Below are positions 33,903-44,845 of a stretch of 55,282 nt of DNA, one piece after another. The notes under the pieces were generated by a model, which saw only the letters and a list, made by a program, of their open reading frames with translations, made no database searches and had not been told where the DNA came from. Origin of the DNA: a virus (Duplodnaviria; Caudoviricetes); IMG/VR virus record IMGVR_UViG_3300008120_000334, positions 1-55,282 of that record; one strand, written 5' to 3'. Every line of letters starts with the position of its first letter. Within the stretch, counting starts at the first letter, position 1. The translations under genes were made by a program, and so were the position numbers.

Positions 33903-36900
33903 TTATATCATTACGTTTGCACTCAGGCTTGTTCCGTCTCTAAGGGTAAGCGTAATTGTTAGGGTTGAACCCACTTTATCGGCCATAATTGAAGCCACCC
34001 CTTTAGGGTCTTCTTCGTTAAGGGTAGCTAAACTAAATCCATAATATGAGCTATTCACATAGCGTTTTATGTACAAATTATGACTACCTAAGCCAGAGCC
34101 AGCCTGTCTTTCGATATTGTAATAGTCGGAAGTAGGCGATGGAGATGGAACATTAAAATTTGCAAACGCTTGACTACCATTTCTTCGCTGAATACCAAGG
34201 GTTACGGTGCTTCCAGAAGTAGAAAACCAATGAGAATCAAATCCCCAAGGGTCGCTTTCCGAAGTTAGCAAAGAAGGCTTGTTAGAAATGTTATTCCAAT
34301 GAACCGAGCCACCCGCGCCAGAAGTATTTAATTGCCCTTGTGTGTAATAGCGGTCATCGTGGTTATGCCCATTGTTAGACTTATTATCTAATGCACTTTG
34401 TAGGCCCGAAATATCGCCTATTCCGTGAGTGTGACCCGCGTAACTCAAAGAAGGTACTCCCGTAAGGTTGTTCCAATGAACTACACCCCCCGCACCCGAC
34501 GTGTTTAATTGAGTGCGAGTGTAAACGTCGCCCCAAGTTGGCCGATTATCTAAGGCACTTTGCAAACCCGTTATGTCACTTATTGCGTGGCTGTGACTTG
34601 GTAGGCTCTGCAAGTATCTTGCGTCCGATTGGGTCTTTGTGTAGTAGTCTCCGTCGTGGTTGTGAACCAAAGGCGCAAAAGTGTCATTGGCAACTGTTAA
34701 GATATTGCCGCTTGCATCAAAACCCAATAAACCCGCACGTGTGCCAGTAAATGAACTTGACGAAGTGTAGTTGACAAACTGCATTTGACCCGTTGCCCGA
34801 ATACCACCAGTTACTTGAAGGGTCTTAGTTCCGTTTACCGTCACCGTACCCATAAGCACATAAGACCCCGCCAAAGTCATGCTGTAAGCATAGCCCGCTG
34901 TGGTTCTGAAATACATATTGCCAGCCCCTGCGTCTATGAACATATCACCCAAAGCCCTAATTGCTTGCCCCGCACCCAAATACATCGCCACCGCAGACCC
35001 ATCACCATCGGCATACATCGCCCCGTTCACTCTAAACTTGTACCCGCCCAAACTTGCCGTTCCAATCCCTACGCCTGTACCGTTATCAAATATTTGTGAA
35101 GGGGTAAGAGTGTTTGTCGCACTGTATTTTGCAACATAGTTAATCGTTCCATCACCCGAAAGTTTAGCGTTCCAGCTATTAATATCACCCGTACCAATCG
35201 CTTTTACGTGATTAGGAACCGTTGGGTCTGTTTCGGTGTAGCTTGTAAGAAAATTAGGAACACCTGTAATCTTGCTGTAAGCCAAAGACGTTATCCAAGT
35301 AGGATTAGCGTAACTACCCGCAAGCTGTACATACAGGTCGTTATGGTTGTGAGTTGGCAACGACGTAAGGTAGCCCGCTAATGCGTGATTTCCCCACCCA
35401 AAAGACACATCCCAGTTGCTTATTTGCGTGGCAGTTATGGCTTTTACCCAACTTGGTACAGTAGGGTCGGTTTCCGCAGGAAAAGCAATATTGGCATTAG
35501 TGATACCCGTAACCCTACCGTAAATATCCGTCGTAATCTGTGGCACTTGGGTAGTGCTGCCACCTGTTAGGGGTGATACGTGCAAAGCTGCAAGATTCAC
35601 CGTCCAAGTTCTATCCGCGCCCAAGGTTTGCGCCCCACCTGTCACTACGATATTGCTGGTAGTACCTGCGACGGTCAAAGAGCGAGTAAGGGGAACGTAA
35701 GTTGCTGCAAAATCGGGTTTACCAGTAATGTCAGCCCACGCGTGAGTATGCCCAAGTAATGAATAGCGAGCGTCACCTCTTGCGTTAGTCCAATACAAGT
35801 TTGTACCCTCTGGAATGTTTGTAGTCGTAAGTGACACCGCCCCGCTTTGCCCATTAACTGACGTAACAGGAAACAATATTGTTGAATAACTCAAAGAAGT
35901 TACCCTGCCATAAGCATCTACGTTTATAGAAGGGGTTGTGATTGTACTACCTCCCGACAAACCCGCATGAATCGTATTTAGATCAAAATTCCAAGTTCTA
36001 TCTGCCGCTAAAGTTTGAATACTTGCGCTGATAGAAATGCGAGCCGAGCCGTTTAGGGTAATCGAACGCGTTAGAGGCACGTAAGTACCAGCAAAATCAG
36101 GAACGCCCGTGATTTTGCTATAAGCTAACGAAGTAATCCAAGAAGGGTTTGAGTAGCTACCACTCAATAAAGGGTATCTTGCGTCGCCACGGGCGTTAGT
36201 CCAATAAAGGTTAGTACCCTCCGCGATATTGGTCGTAGTCAATACAGCCGCCCCCGTAAGCCCATTCACCGACGTTACAGGGAAAGAAATATTCGTAGCC
36301 GTTAAAGCCGTCACCCTACCGTAAATATCAACCGTAGGTACTGCTACCTGTGTACCACTACCTCCCGTCAATCCTGCATGAATAGAAACCAAGTCTGCTG
36401 TCCATGTACGGTTAGCCCCTAACGTTTGAGTGCCGCCACTTATTGATATTCTGCCAGCCGTTCCCGCAACGGTCAAACTCCTTACTAAAGGCACATACTT
36501 TGTATCCACAAACGCTTCTACTCGCCAGTCGGCATAGTAAGGCCGCGTACCCTCTGGTAAGTCTGACGTTGTACCGCTAAAGGTCAGTGCGCCCGTTGTG
36601 CCGTTATAATACAAAGGAGGCGTTGCTGATAGTGCTAAGGTTGCACCTGTGTAAGAAATTACGCCTGTTGGACTAATAGCAATAGCTGTTCCTGCACTAA
36701 ATGCAGCCCGTGCCATCGCGTCGGTGTATTGGGTAATGAGTGAATTTATCGCGCCCGTAGTAGGGTTGTAATAAATTCCCGTTCCCGATATTATAGGCGT
36801 AGTAGTACCTGTGTAAGATATTACATTATCAGGGCTAATAGCAATACCCGTACCAGCGGTATAGTTTGTGACTTGGTCTATGTGGTCGGCATCGTAAACA

Positions 36901-39830
36901 TCTACGTAATCATTGCCTGAGCCGTAGCCCCTCAAGTACTTTACTGGTATGCGAATCTTGCCATCCTTGCGAACAACACCCGACGTTGCTGTAAACCATT
37001 CACCCCAAACATCGTTAGTCTTTTCCCTCAGTAAAAGCCCGTCATTATTCCCGCTGTTAGGCCAATAGATTTGTATAACATCACACCCGTTTGATTTTAC
37101 TTCAAACTTACCCTCGCTGTCCGTCGTTGGTGGATAAAAGGTTGAGCCATTGACTGCAAAACCTCCAACGTTCTTTATTTTGTACAGGCCATTTTCAATC
37201 AACTTATTAAAATTGATTGCACCCGTCTTTGTGCCTCTCGATAGCGTTGCTGCTTCCTTTAAGTATTCAGCCGTATAAACTTTTCGACCTAAATCAATGG
37301 CCTTTCCATCCACATAATTAGATGGAACATTAACCATGTTGTAATCATCGGTAGAGCCTTCTACGTAGTAAGTCCAACTTCCTGCCGTTCCGTTGATAAC
37401 CAACAAAGAACCGCTACGATAACTATTGCAGTTGATTGTTACCGCTTGGTCGGCAATGTATCGTATCTCTTTGGTATTTTCACCAGCCTCAAATACTTCA
37501 AAGTGGCCTTTGTGGTATAGGTTAGGAGGGTTTGTTACGCCTGTCCAGCTGTCGGCATCTTGGCGGTAAGAGCCTATTTTTAAAGCTGTAACGTCATAGG
37601 GGGCATTTAGATTGAATCGGTTTTTATATACTTCGTTGTTGGATATAGAATTATCTACTTCTTCGCCTCCTACTGCATCTACTACGCCTTGTCTGACATT
37701 GTTTTTATTGCCATTTGATTGTCCATTTCCCAAAAGCCCTTTTAATATTGAGCCACCAAAAACAAATAAGCCCCCGTAAAATTGATTTAGCTTTATGCCA
37801 TTTTTGTAGTAGTAAGTAGGCTCAAAGTCGCTCGTTACTACCTCCATTAAAGTTACGCTATACGTGTCGGTTTTTAGCCCTCCTTCAATGCCTGTTACCA
37901 CAAACACCGTAGAGTCAAAGCCGTTCATCGTAAAGCTATCGCCCATTTGTAAAGCATCACCCCGAAGCCTACCTTCTAACACCATGCAATATTTACTATG
38001 CTGACGCAAATACATTGCGCCCATCATGGCCTGAATATTTGAAGGTGGTGTTATGCCGCTACTTTGCCATTGCTCAGTGGTTTTATCACCATTGAGTTTG
38101 GATAGGTAAGAGTAATTTAGTGTATTAACAGGCTCACCAAATGGAATACTTATCTGTACTTTTTGGTCGCCAAACTCCGTATCTGGATTATCAAGCACAA
38201 CCGTTGTGCTATTAACCGCGTCAGAGTCTTTACTTCCAAAAGAAATGTTCCTAATAAATAATTCAGCATTATTGTTTTGGGCGTTAAAGTTACAGCCTCT
38301 AAAAAAATACACCTTTACCCACCCGTCAGCGGGTGCGCCATCGGCTGATTCAATACTGTATGTTTCCCAATTTTGCTTTATTACAGCGTCGCCCGAAGCG
38401 TTTGTAGCTACATTTTTTACCAGTAAGTGCCGTACTTGTTTTCCTCCTTTTACTTTCTCCGCTCCATACCATTTTCCATCTGAACCCAAACCGTCGTAAT
38501 CTATCGTTGATAAATCATCGTATAAATTACTGGTTGTTTTCTCTGTGCCTTTGTAGTCTTTGTAGGTAAATACTACTGCAATTTTAACGTCAGTGTGTTC
38601 AGTAGCCAAGTATTCAAACTCCAACTTTACCGACTCGCTTTTCTTTATTTCAAAATAAGTAGAAGCGTATTTTTCATCATAGCCAAATGCCGAAGATGTT
38701 GTTAAATGGTCAGGTGTTTTTAAGGCAGTAGGGGGTACGGTAGGCGTAAAATCGTCCTTCTTTGCCGCGCCTCTAATCCTGAGCATATAGCTACCAATAC
38801 TATCGTCGCTTTGAACGAGTGCGTAATCAATACTACCACCAAACACCCAACCCGTCGTATCACCTCCAAAAAAGTTGCCGTTAATTTGGCTTTTCATTCG
38901 CCCGTAGTCATAAGCTACTTCCAGCCGCTTTATGGGTCGAGTCTTGGTTTTTTGTGCAGGTTCTTCTACCCACACAATAGAATTGTTTAACTGCGATTGG
39001 GTGCGAATAGGAACGGTTTGCCCTATTGATTCATACGTGCCATCACTATTGATTAATTTTCTATTAGTATAAACCGTTGTGGTAAATACCTGATTACCAT
39101 TAGGCAGATACTCGTAAGCCGTAGGCGTAGCACTCTTAAAAGCGTCAATGCAAATGAAATGCCATTTACCTTTGCGTTGGTATGCCCACGCATAAAACGT
39201 TTGGCACAATCGTTCTAAAACCTCACGTACCGAAACGGTTTTTTCATCTTCAATAAACGCTTTGGGGTCTATCTGTACTTGGTTAATTGCGTTTGCGCTA
39301 TTTGACATATAGCTGTCAAACAATAGCACAGACGTAACGGTGTTTAGCCCTAAGCCCGTTAAATTAAACGCGTATTGCAAAAACGCCCTTACGGATTCGC
39401 GGTCTTTGTAGATACTCCCGTCAGGTGCTTTAAAATCAATATCCGCAAGGTCGCCTAATCCATCCGTGGCCGATATTTCAAATATCCGCGTCCTGTCCTC
39501 TGCCGCGTAAATATCCTTTGCCAAATCACTTTGAAGCCAGCCCGAAAAAAGCACAGTACCCCCGTCTATTACCTCTGCTTTGTAATGACGTGGATTAGCA
39601 TTGAATAGCGTTTCTACATTAAAAGTACTTGTATGAAGAAACTGAAACGTACAGATTAGCCCTACTACCCCCGCAACTTTTTTGCCGCTGCCATTCCATT
39701 CTAAATTAGGCTCATTATAGGCTGTAATAGTAACAACATCGCCCGTATAGCCATCTTCGTAAATAGCAATTTCGCGGGTTGCGCCTGTTTCAGCAATAAA
39801 GTAACCTCTATATTTTTGTCCGTAGGCCAT
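33903..39830 (-). CDS. Large tail tip/hub-fibre fusion protein (1975 aa)
   Basis: Directly follows the TMP; N-terminal ISATDGLGDL tail-hub region; C-terminal fibre repeats (EGTNLYWTNARGDARY, ETDPTVP, HxISDITGLQSALD). Confidence 0.85.
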   Translation of the reverse strand: MAYGQKYRGYFIAETGATREIAIYEDGYTGDVVTITAYNEPNLEWNGSGKKVAGVVGLICTFQFLHTSTFNVETLFNANPRHYKAEVIDGGTVLFSGWLQSDLAKDIYAAEDRTRIFEISATDGLGDLADIDFKAPDGSIYKDRESVRAFLQYAFNLTGLGLNTVTSVLLFDSYMSNSANAINQVQIDPKAFIEDEKTVSVREVLERLCQTFYAWAYQRKGKWHFICIDAFKSATPTAYEYLPNGNQVFTTTVYTNRKLINSDGTYESIGQTVPIRTQSQLNNSIVWVEEPAQKTKTRPIKRLEVAYDYGRMKSQINGNFFGGDTTGWVFGGSIDYALVQSDDSIGSYMLRIRGAAKKDDFTPTVPPTALKTPDHLTTSSAFGYDEKYASTYFEIKKSESVKLEFEYLATEHTDVKIAVVFTYKDYKGTEKTTSNLYDDLSTIDYDGLGSDGKWYGAEKVKGGKQVRHLLVKNVATNASGDAVIKQNWETYSIESADGAPADGWVKVYFFRGCNFNAQNNNAELFIRNISFGSKDSDAVNSTTVVLDNPDTEFGDQKVQISIPFGEPVNTLNYSYLSKLNGDKTTEQWQSSGITPPSNIQAMMGAMYLRQHSKYCMVLEGRLRGDALQMGDSFTMNGFDSTVFVVTGIEGGLKTDTYSVTLMEVVTSDFEPTYYYKNGIKLNQFYGGLFVFGGSILKGLLGNGQSNGNKNNVRQGVVDAVGGEEVDNSISNNEVYKNRFNLNAPYDVTALKIGSYRQDADSWTGVTNPPNLYHKGHFEVFEAGENTKEIRYIADQAVTINCNSYRSGSLLVINGTAGSWTYYVEGSTDDYNMVNVPSNYVDGKAIDLGRKVYTAEYLKEAATLSRGTKTGAINFNKLIENGLYKIKNVGGFAVNGSTFYPPTTDSEGKFEVKSNGCDVIQIYWPNSGNNDGLLLREKTNDVWGEWFTATSGVVRKDGKIRIPVKYLRGYGSGNDYVDVYDADHIDQVTNYTAGTGIAISPDNVISYTGTTTPIISGTGIYYNPTTGAINSLITQYTDAMARAAFSAGTAIAISPTGVISYTGATLALSATPPLYYNGTTGALTFSGTTSDLPEGTRPYYADWRVEAFVDTKYVPLVRSLTVAGTAGRISISGGTQTLGANRTWTADLVSIHAGLTGGSGTQVAVPTVDIYGRVTALTATNISFPVTSVNGLTGAAVLTTTNIAEGTNLYWTNARGDARYPLLSGSYSNPSWITSLAYSKITGVPDFAGTYVPLTRSITLNGSARISISASIQTLAADRTWNFDLNTIHAGLSGGSTITTPSINVDAYGRVTSLSYSTILFPVTSVNGQSGAVSLTTTNIPEGTNLYWTNARGDARYSLLGHTHAWADITGKPDFAATYVPLTRSLTVAGTTSNIVVTGGAQTLGADRTWTVNLAALHVSPLTGGSTTQVPQITTDIYGRVTGITNANIAFPAETDPTVPSWVKAITATQISNWDVSFGWGNHALAGYLTSLPTHNHNDLYVQLAGSYANPTWITSLAYSKITGVPNFLTSYTETDPTVPNHVKAIGTGDINSWNAKLSGDGTINYVAKYSATNTLTPSQIFDNGTGVGIGTASLGGYKFRVNGAMYADGDGSAVAMYLGAGQAIRALGDMFIDAGAGNMYFRTTAGYAYSMTLAGSYVLMGTVTVNGTKTLQVTGGIRATGQMQFVNYTSSSSFTGTRAGLLGFDASGNILTVANDTFAPLVHNHDGDYYTKTQSDARYLQSLPSHSHAISDITGLQSALDNRPTWGDVYTRTQLNTSGAGGVVHWNNLTGVPSLSYAGHTHGIGDISGLQSALDNKSNNGHNHDDRYYTQGQLNTSGAGGSVHWNNISNKPSLLTSESDPWGFDSHWFSTSGSTVTLGIQRRNGSQAFANFNVPSPSPTSDYYNIERQAGSGLGSHNLYIKRYVNSSYYGFSLATLNEEDPKGVASIMADKVGSTLTITLTLRDGTSLSANVMI

Positions 39831-42412
39831 TAAATGCGTCTTCTTTTAACTATTGCTTTGTCAATCTGCGTTAATAGCACTTTGTTACCAAAATACACGT
39901 TGGTTTGTGTATTGATTGCCTGTGTTGCCAATTGTGGGCTATTGTATCTACCCATGTTGACAGCCCTCTGAAAATAGGGTGTAAACAAATTCCCTAACTT
40001 GCTCAAAGGGGCTATTACTTCGGGGTTGTTTTTCGCGCCTCTATACTCTCCCGTCATCGAGAAAGTGGGGCCAGAAACAATACCGCCATCCGCAAATTTT
40101 ACGGCTTTAATAGCCGCCCCTGCCGTAGTCAGAGCTGCGCCCGTTGCTGCTGTTTTAGCAAAAAACGGACTCAATGCCCCACCACTTAAAATAGACGCAC
40201 CCAACATAAGACCAGCCTGCGCAAGCATTATCTGTCCCGCTTGCAACAACATATCCCCAAAGGCGTGAACAAGCCCTTCACCAAACGCCTTAAATGGATT
40301 TTCTCCTTGGGCAATTGCCGTCCCAAGTCCAGCAAAGCCATTTTGTAAAGCACTTCCTATTCCGTTGCCGACTATATCACCAAATATTGCTGCATTGGCC
40401 TCCCATACACCACCTAAGTCAGTAAAATACTTCTCAATAGCTTGGACTGACCCTTTGACGCTTTTATCAAAATCATTAATAAACTGCGGCTCTACGGGCT
40501 TTATCTTTATTTTACTTAAATCAATAACTTCTTTGGTTAGTCCAGTATTTATATCGTAAACAAGCCCTTCGATTTTGTCGAGCATTTTACGACGAACAAC
40601 CGAAACCATTTTATCTAATCTATCTTGCTGAATGGCATTTGCCAACAATTCGCTACCTCCACCAGTTTGTATAGTAGCAACACCTTTTCCAAAAACTTGC
40701 GAAGGACTACCAATAGGACTGTTACTAAAAGCGGCAGGGTTATTAGCAATCAATTCAGCATCAAGACGTGCTTGCTTTATCATTGCAAGCCGTACTTTAA
40801 ATAAATCCTCCCCCGCTTTGTTTTCTTTACGAAGTTGTTTTTCAAATTCCGACTCCCCTGTTGAGGGTTTACCAAGTTTGCCAAATGCTTCCAAGTCGGC
40901 TTTCTCTTTGTTGAGTCTGCCGATTTTCTCCATCAAAGCAATACCTTCTTTGCTCCGTGTAAAGCCAGTAGGGTCTTTTTTCTTTAGGTCATTTAATAGC
41001 GTCCTGTTTTTGTCAATTTCTTTGTTTATATCTTTTAATTGGGTCAGCTCTTTTGCCCCCAATCCTAATTTTTCTTGCGCGGCTTTTTTTGCTGTTTGCC
41101 GTTGGGTTATTTCCCCTTCGTAGGCTTGCTTTCTTAAAGTATAGTTTACCCTTATTGCCTCGCGCTCACGCTTGTAAGATTCTAATTGCTGACTATTTGC
41201 AGCAATATTATTATTAGGGTCTGCGGCTTTGTCTAAAAACTTCATGCGGTTATAATCCACATCAAGCCGTTTCTTTTGACTGGTAAGACTGGCTCCCGAG
41301 GCTTCCTTAATTGCCTCTACTTTTGTTATTTTTCTATATTTATCCTGACCCTTATCGTATCTTGATTTAGCATCAAATGCGTTATAAACTATACCTACTG
41401 GAGATATTCGCAAAACTGAATCTGCTATTCTCTCCAAATACCCACCTCTAACTACGCTCGCTGCACCATTAAGAATAGAGGCAAAAAAACCGTTAATATT
41501 AGACTCCCTACCAAAAGATGTAAGCATTAAATCAACCTCATTTCTAAGGTTGTTCATTGCGCCAGTAGTTGTTTCTAAGTTTTTGGCGTAAGAGTCTTTG
41601 GAAATTTTATCAAGACCTTGAGCAAGTTTGGGTAAAGCATCTTCCGATAACACCGCACCCGCTTTTAACAGGTCGTTGAGTTGGGCAGTAGTTACGCCCA
41701 TTTCTTGCGCCAAAATATTGAAAGCCCCAGGAAGACGTTCTGATAATTGCCCCCGTAATTCTTCGGCCTGAACATTGCCCTTAGACATCATTTGCGATAC
41801 CGCCAACAACGAGCCTTTAACCTGCTCATTGGATAGCATCATTGCCGACCCAGCCTTTACAATCGAAGTGAAAATCCTTTCGGTTTCTTTGCCTTCTAAT
41901 TTAGTACCTCTCGAAGCTGCCGAAAATCCTTTGTAAGAATCTGCTAAGTCGTCAATTCTAAGACCCGTTTGTCTTGCAAGGGAAGTTACAAAAGAAAAAG
42001 CCTCCGCACCTTTTATAGTGCTACCCGTGGCCGTATCTAAGGCTATTTGAAGGCGGTTGTATCTTTCGGTTGTGGCCGATATTTCTTTTCCAACGGCAAG
42101 TAGCCCGTCTAATCCTGCACCAATAGCCGCACCACCTAAACCGCCTACTGCGCCACCCAGACCACCCAACGCGCCAGACTGCATACCAATAAGCGTAGAG
42201 GCAACGTCAGAAACATCCTTCTTAAAGAAAGCCATTTCTTTACGTTGCCTCTCTAAGCCTCTTGACCAAAACTTACCTTCCGCGTCTGCTCTTGAATAAG
42301 ATTGGGCTAATTCAATATTTTTTTGAACCAACGCAGCCGTTGCCTCTCCCTGTTTTTTTAAGGAGTTGATAACTTCAATTTCTTGCGCGGTAAACTTTAT
42401 ATTAATTGCCAT
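39830..42412 (-). CDS. Tape measure protein
   Basis: SQMMSKGNVQAEELRGQLSERLPGA tape-measure domain; FADGGIV...GE...NPEVIAPLSKL C-terminus. Confidence 0.95.
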   Translation of the reverse strand: MAINIKFTAQEIEVINSLKKQGEATAALVQKNIELAQSYSRADAEGKFWSRGLERQRKEMAFFKKDVSDVASTLIGMQSGALGGLGGAVGGLGGAAIGAGLDGLLAVGKEISATTERYNRLQIALDTATGSTIKGAEAFSFVTSLARQTGLRIDDLADSYKGFSAASRGTKLEGKETERIFTSIVKAGSAMMLSNEQVKGSLLAVSQMMSKGNVQAEELRGQLSERLPGAFNILAQEMGVTTAQLNDLLKAGAVLSEDALPKLAQGLDKISKDSYAKNLETTTGAMNNLRNEVDLMLTSFGRESNINGFFASILNGAASVVRGGYLERIADSVLRISPVGIVYNAFDAKSRYDKGQDKYRKITKVEAIKEASGASLTSQKKRLDVDYNRMKFLDKAADPNNNIAANSQQLESYKREREAIRVNYTLRKQAYEGEITQRQTAKKAAQEKLGLGAKELTQLKDINKEIDKNRTLLNDLKKKDPTGFTRSKEGIALMEKIGRLNKEKADLEAFGKLGKPSTGESEFEKQLRKENKAGEDLFKVRLAMIKQARLDAELIANNPAAFSNSPIGSPSQVFGKGVATIQTGGGSELLANAIQQDRLDKMVSVVRRKMLDKIEGLVYDINTGLTKEVIDLSKIKIKPVEPQFINDFDKSVKGSVQAIEKYFTDLGGVWEANAAIFGDIVGNGIGSALQNGFAGLGTAIAQGENPFKAFGEGLVHAFGDMLLQAGQIMLAQAGLMLGASILSGGALSPFFAKTAATGAALTTAGAAIKAVKFADGGIVSGPTFSMTGEYRGAKNNPEVIAPLSKLGNLFTPYFQRAVNMGRYNSPQLATQAINTQTNVYFGNKVLLTQIDKAIVKRRRI

Positions 42413-42755
42413 CTTTTTGCTGGTTCATTCGTTTAGCGGCCTCTCGCGCTTTGGCTATTAATTCCTCCGATGGTAGTTTCGACTTTATCGGTTTATCGTC
42501 AGGCAATGGGTAAACTTCCTCTCCTGAAATGGCGGGAGTATTTTCGCCACGATTGATATTATAGGTTAGTGCGTATTGCTCCCGAAAGAAATACGCCATC
42601 ATTCCACGTTCACGGGTAACTTTTGTATTGTAGCCTTCAATAATGCACCACACATCCGCCCAATGAAGTCGCTTGTATTCCCAAGGTTTATACCCCAACT
42701 CCCCGCAGACAAAACTCTTTAGTCTGTACCACGTCCACGGGGTTGTTAGTTTTTT
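42402..42755 (-). CDS. Tail assembly chaperone, frameshift extension (gpGT-like)
   Basis: The -1 frame is open from the slippery AAAAAAC (42749-42755) into the 98-aa ORF. Confidence 0.75.
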   Translation of the reverse strand, partial: KKLTTPWTWYRLKSFVCGELGYKPWEYKRLHWADVWCIIEGYNTKVTRERGMMAYFFREQYALTYNINRGENTPAISGEEVYPLPDDKPIKSKLPSEELIAKAREAAKRMNQQKDGN

Positions 42756-43123
42756 GTTTCTTCGGCCTGTTCTTCGGCTATTTCCTCCTGTGTTTCCTCT
42801 TGGTTAGAAGAAAGTAACACTTGTGAAGCCACCGCAACAAACGACGAAAGCAATGGGTAGTTGATTGGCCCTTTTGTGCCTTTTAACCACCCTTCAACTT
42901 GGGTAAGGCTATAAGGCATTTTTTCGCCTAAGTCCTCAAACCCTGCTTTTACAACGTGGTATAGCAAGCGGGTTGCCGTCTTAAACTGGCCTTTCCCTCT
43001 TACCAGAGTATAGTAGATATAAGGCAAGCCCGTTTCGGTTTCTTCGCAGAAGTCCTCTAAGGCTTCAATGGTAAAAGCCAAGGGGACTTTAACCCCTTTG
43101 GCTACTTCAATTGTTTTTTGCAT
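42746..43123 (-). CDS. Tail assembly chaperone (gpG-like)
   Basis: Between tail tube and TMP; ends ...EETKN* on A AAA AAC. Confidence 0.8.
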   Translation of the reverse strand: MQKTIEVAKGVKVPLAFTIEALEDFCEETETGLPYIYYTLVRGKGQFKTATRLLYHVVKAGFEDLGEKMPYSLTQVEGWLKGTKGPINYPLLSSFVAVASQVLLSSNQEETQEEIAEEQAEETKN

Positions 43124-43125
43124 AA

Positions 43126-43569
43126 TTAAGCTGCGGTATAGTCGGCTACTGCGTCAGCACCCAATCCAATGTTGTAAGTAGAAGCATCCCCGTTCTTGTG
43201 GGCTACGTTGATAGACGAAATCATGCAACCTGTGTACTCTTGGCCTTTATCGCCAGTAGTAATACCCGCCCCAATACGAACGTCTAATTTCGTCTTTGCG
43301 CGCATTGCTCCACGAAAATCGGCAATAGAGAAGTTAGTAGCTTCATCCGTATTGTCGTAGATAAAATACACACCCCCAAGAGTGATTTTCTTCTCTCTTG
43401 TGCCGTAAAATTTCAAAGGGTCAACTCCGTTGTTGTCGCAATTGACTGAAATTTCGCTTGAGGTTTCATCTTCGGTAATACTGTTTGCACAACCTACCAT
43501 AATCCAAGCAGTACTTACTTTGACGTAAATGAATATGCTTACGCCTTCTTCGGCCAGTGTTTTTGCCAT
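43126..43569 (-). CDS. Major tail (tube) protein
   Basis: Position, size, and VGCANSIT...YTGCMISSIN...STYNI beta pattern. Confidence 0.8.
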   Translation of the reverse strand: MAKTLAEEGVSIFIYVKVSTAWIMVGCANSITEDETSSEISVNCDNNGVDPLKFYGTREKKITLGGVYFIYDNTDEATNFSIADFRGAMRAKTKLDVRIGAGITTGDKGQEYTGCMISSINVAHKNGDASTYNIGLGADAVADYTAA

Positions 43570-43574
43570 CGCTG

Positions 43575-43961
43575 TTAATTGGTTAAAATAGTCATTTGAT
43601 ATACCTGCTTGACAAAGTGCATACGAGCCTCTTCGTCAAAGTCATTTTCTCCGTTCATTAGGCGAATATGGTGTACTACCACGCCCCCCGCAGTGCCTCT
43701 ATAAAAGTTTAGCACTCTTTTTATTTCTACCCCAATGGTTTCAGCCGTTAGTAGGCTTTCACTCAAAACCGCTATTGCTACTTCGTTGTAAATAATACCG
43801 TTGCCGTTGTCGCAGTACTGAATGGGCTTTTCATCTACCATGTAGCATACCGACGGCTCAATCGCTCCCTGTGGTATCGGCCAAGGGAATACCCTTGTAC
43901 CAATATACCCCTGTATGGTAGCATCGTTGGTCAATAGTGCGTATATGGCTTTTTCTATCAT
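43575..43961 (-). CDS. Tail terminator/completion protein (DUF3168-like)
   Basis: IEKAIYALL..D....IGTRVFP..IPQGA..P. Confidence 0.8.
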   Translation of the reverse strand: MIEKAIYALLTNDATIQGYIGTRVFPWPIPQGAIEPSVCYMVDEKPIQYCDNGNGIIYNEVAIAVLSESLLTAETIGVEIKRVLNFYRGTAGGVVVHHIRLMNGENDFDEEARMHFVKQVYQMTILTN

Positions 43962-44410
43962 TGCTCTTGCCTAAATTCCTCTTGCATTGAGGCGTTTACC
44001 CCCGTTCCCAATCGTCGCTCAACCAAATCCTTTGTTTGCGTTTCGGCAGGTTTTGCAAACGGTTTGTGCCTCCAAAATCTTTTGCCAGTTATCGGCCCTT
44101 TTTCGGACAGGTGCGCTCTGTTGCCAGCGTTCCACTTACCTGCTACCATTTTCTTTCCAGACCCCACCAACCCTTTAATTTCATAGGGAGAATCCCGCAC
44201 TACTTTTGTTCTAAGCGTCTTTTTTAATGCCCCCGTAGCATAGCCGTAGCTATTTCCAGGTTGTGGCACTAATCTTTCCATTACGTCCAAAGTGGGCTTA
44301 ATGGCTTGCTTCATTATCTTTCTTGACGTAAGCCCTTGCTTACTCTGTGCCATCCGTTTGTACTTCTTTTCCAGATTTTGAAGGTCGCTGTAATCCACTT
44401 TCCTTGCCAT
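43958..44410 (-). CDS. HK97 gp10-like neck protein
   Basis: TGALKK...AHLSEKG...KPFAKPA. Confidence 0.75.
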   Translation of the reverse strand: MARKVDYSDLQNLEKKYKRMAQSKQGLTSRKIMKQAIKPTLDVMERLVPQPGNSYGYATGALKKTLRTKVVRDSPYEIKGLVGSGKKMVAGKWNAGNRAHLSEKGPITGKRFWRHKPFAKPAETQTKDLVERRLGTGVNASMQEEFRQEQ

Positions 44411-44522
44411 ACCCGAATCTAATAAGGTGTTTAGCTACTCCTTCTTCATACTCTCCAAACTCCCCTACTTTCTTGCCTTGCCCTTCGTGGTCTTTGATAA
44501 ATTCGATCTTAATCTTTTTCAT
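44340..44522 (-). CDS. Small virion-associated protein
   Basis: ATGA-coupled; KIEFIKDH...GE...A.HLI..GYG. Confidence 0.6.
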   Translation of the reverse strand: MKKIKIEFIKDHEGQGKKVGEFGEYEEGVAKHLIRFGYGKESGLQRPSKSGKEVQTDGTE

Positions 44523-44845
44523 TCTTTCCGTCTTGATTTTAATTGCCAGCCTAAACGCCTCCCAATTTCATCCACGCGCTCAATGTCGTAAACCGTGCCT
44601 GTATCGTCAATAATCCGCATCAAAGTAGTAGGAGTGCCTATATTGCGTATTTTCCAAGCTACTGCCGCCTCTGCTACCAACTGGTTTTTTAGATAGTCTT
44701 CTTCCTTGCGATAAGTAGCAATTGCTTCAACTTTTTCAGCGTAGCAAGTTTTCCACGTAGTCCAGCTTTTTACCTCTTGCCCCATACCGTCACGCGTTAC
44801 GGTATAGCTTTCAATAGTGATTACCCTATCTAATTTCCATTTCAT
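44519..44845 (-). CDS. Head closure / head-tail adaptor (SPP1 gp16-like)
   Basis: LDRVITIE...DGMGQ...W...IR...MRI...YDI. Confidence 0.85.
   Translation of the reverse strand: MKWKLDRVITIESYTVTRDGMGQEVKSWTTWKTCYAEKVEAIATYRKEEDYLKNQLVAEAAVAWKIRNIGTPTTLMRIIDDTGTVYDIERVDEIGRRLGWQLKSRRKE

Noticed and set aside
28326-39830. Diversity-generating retroelement or invertible tail-fibre switch
   Set aside because: The repeats are in-frame protein repeats with synonymous divergence. No reverse transcriptase, adenine-specific TR/VR pair or invertase was seen.
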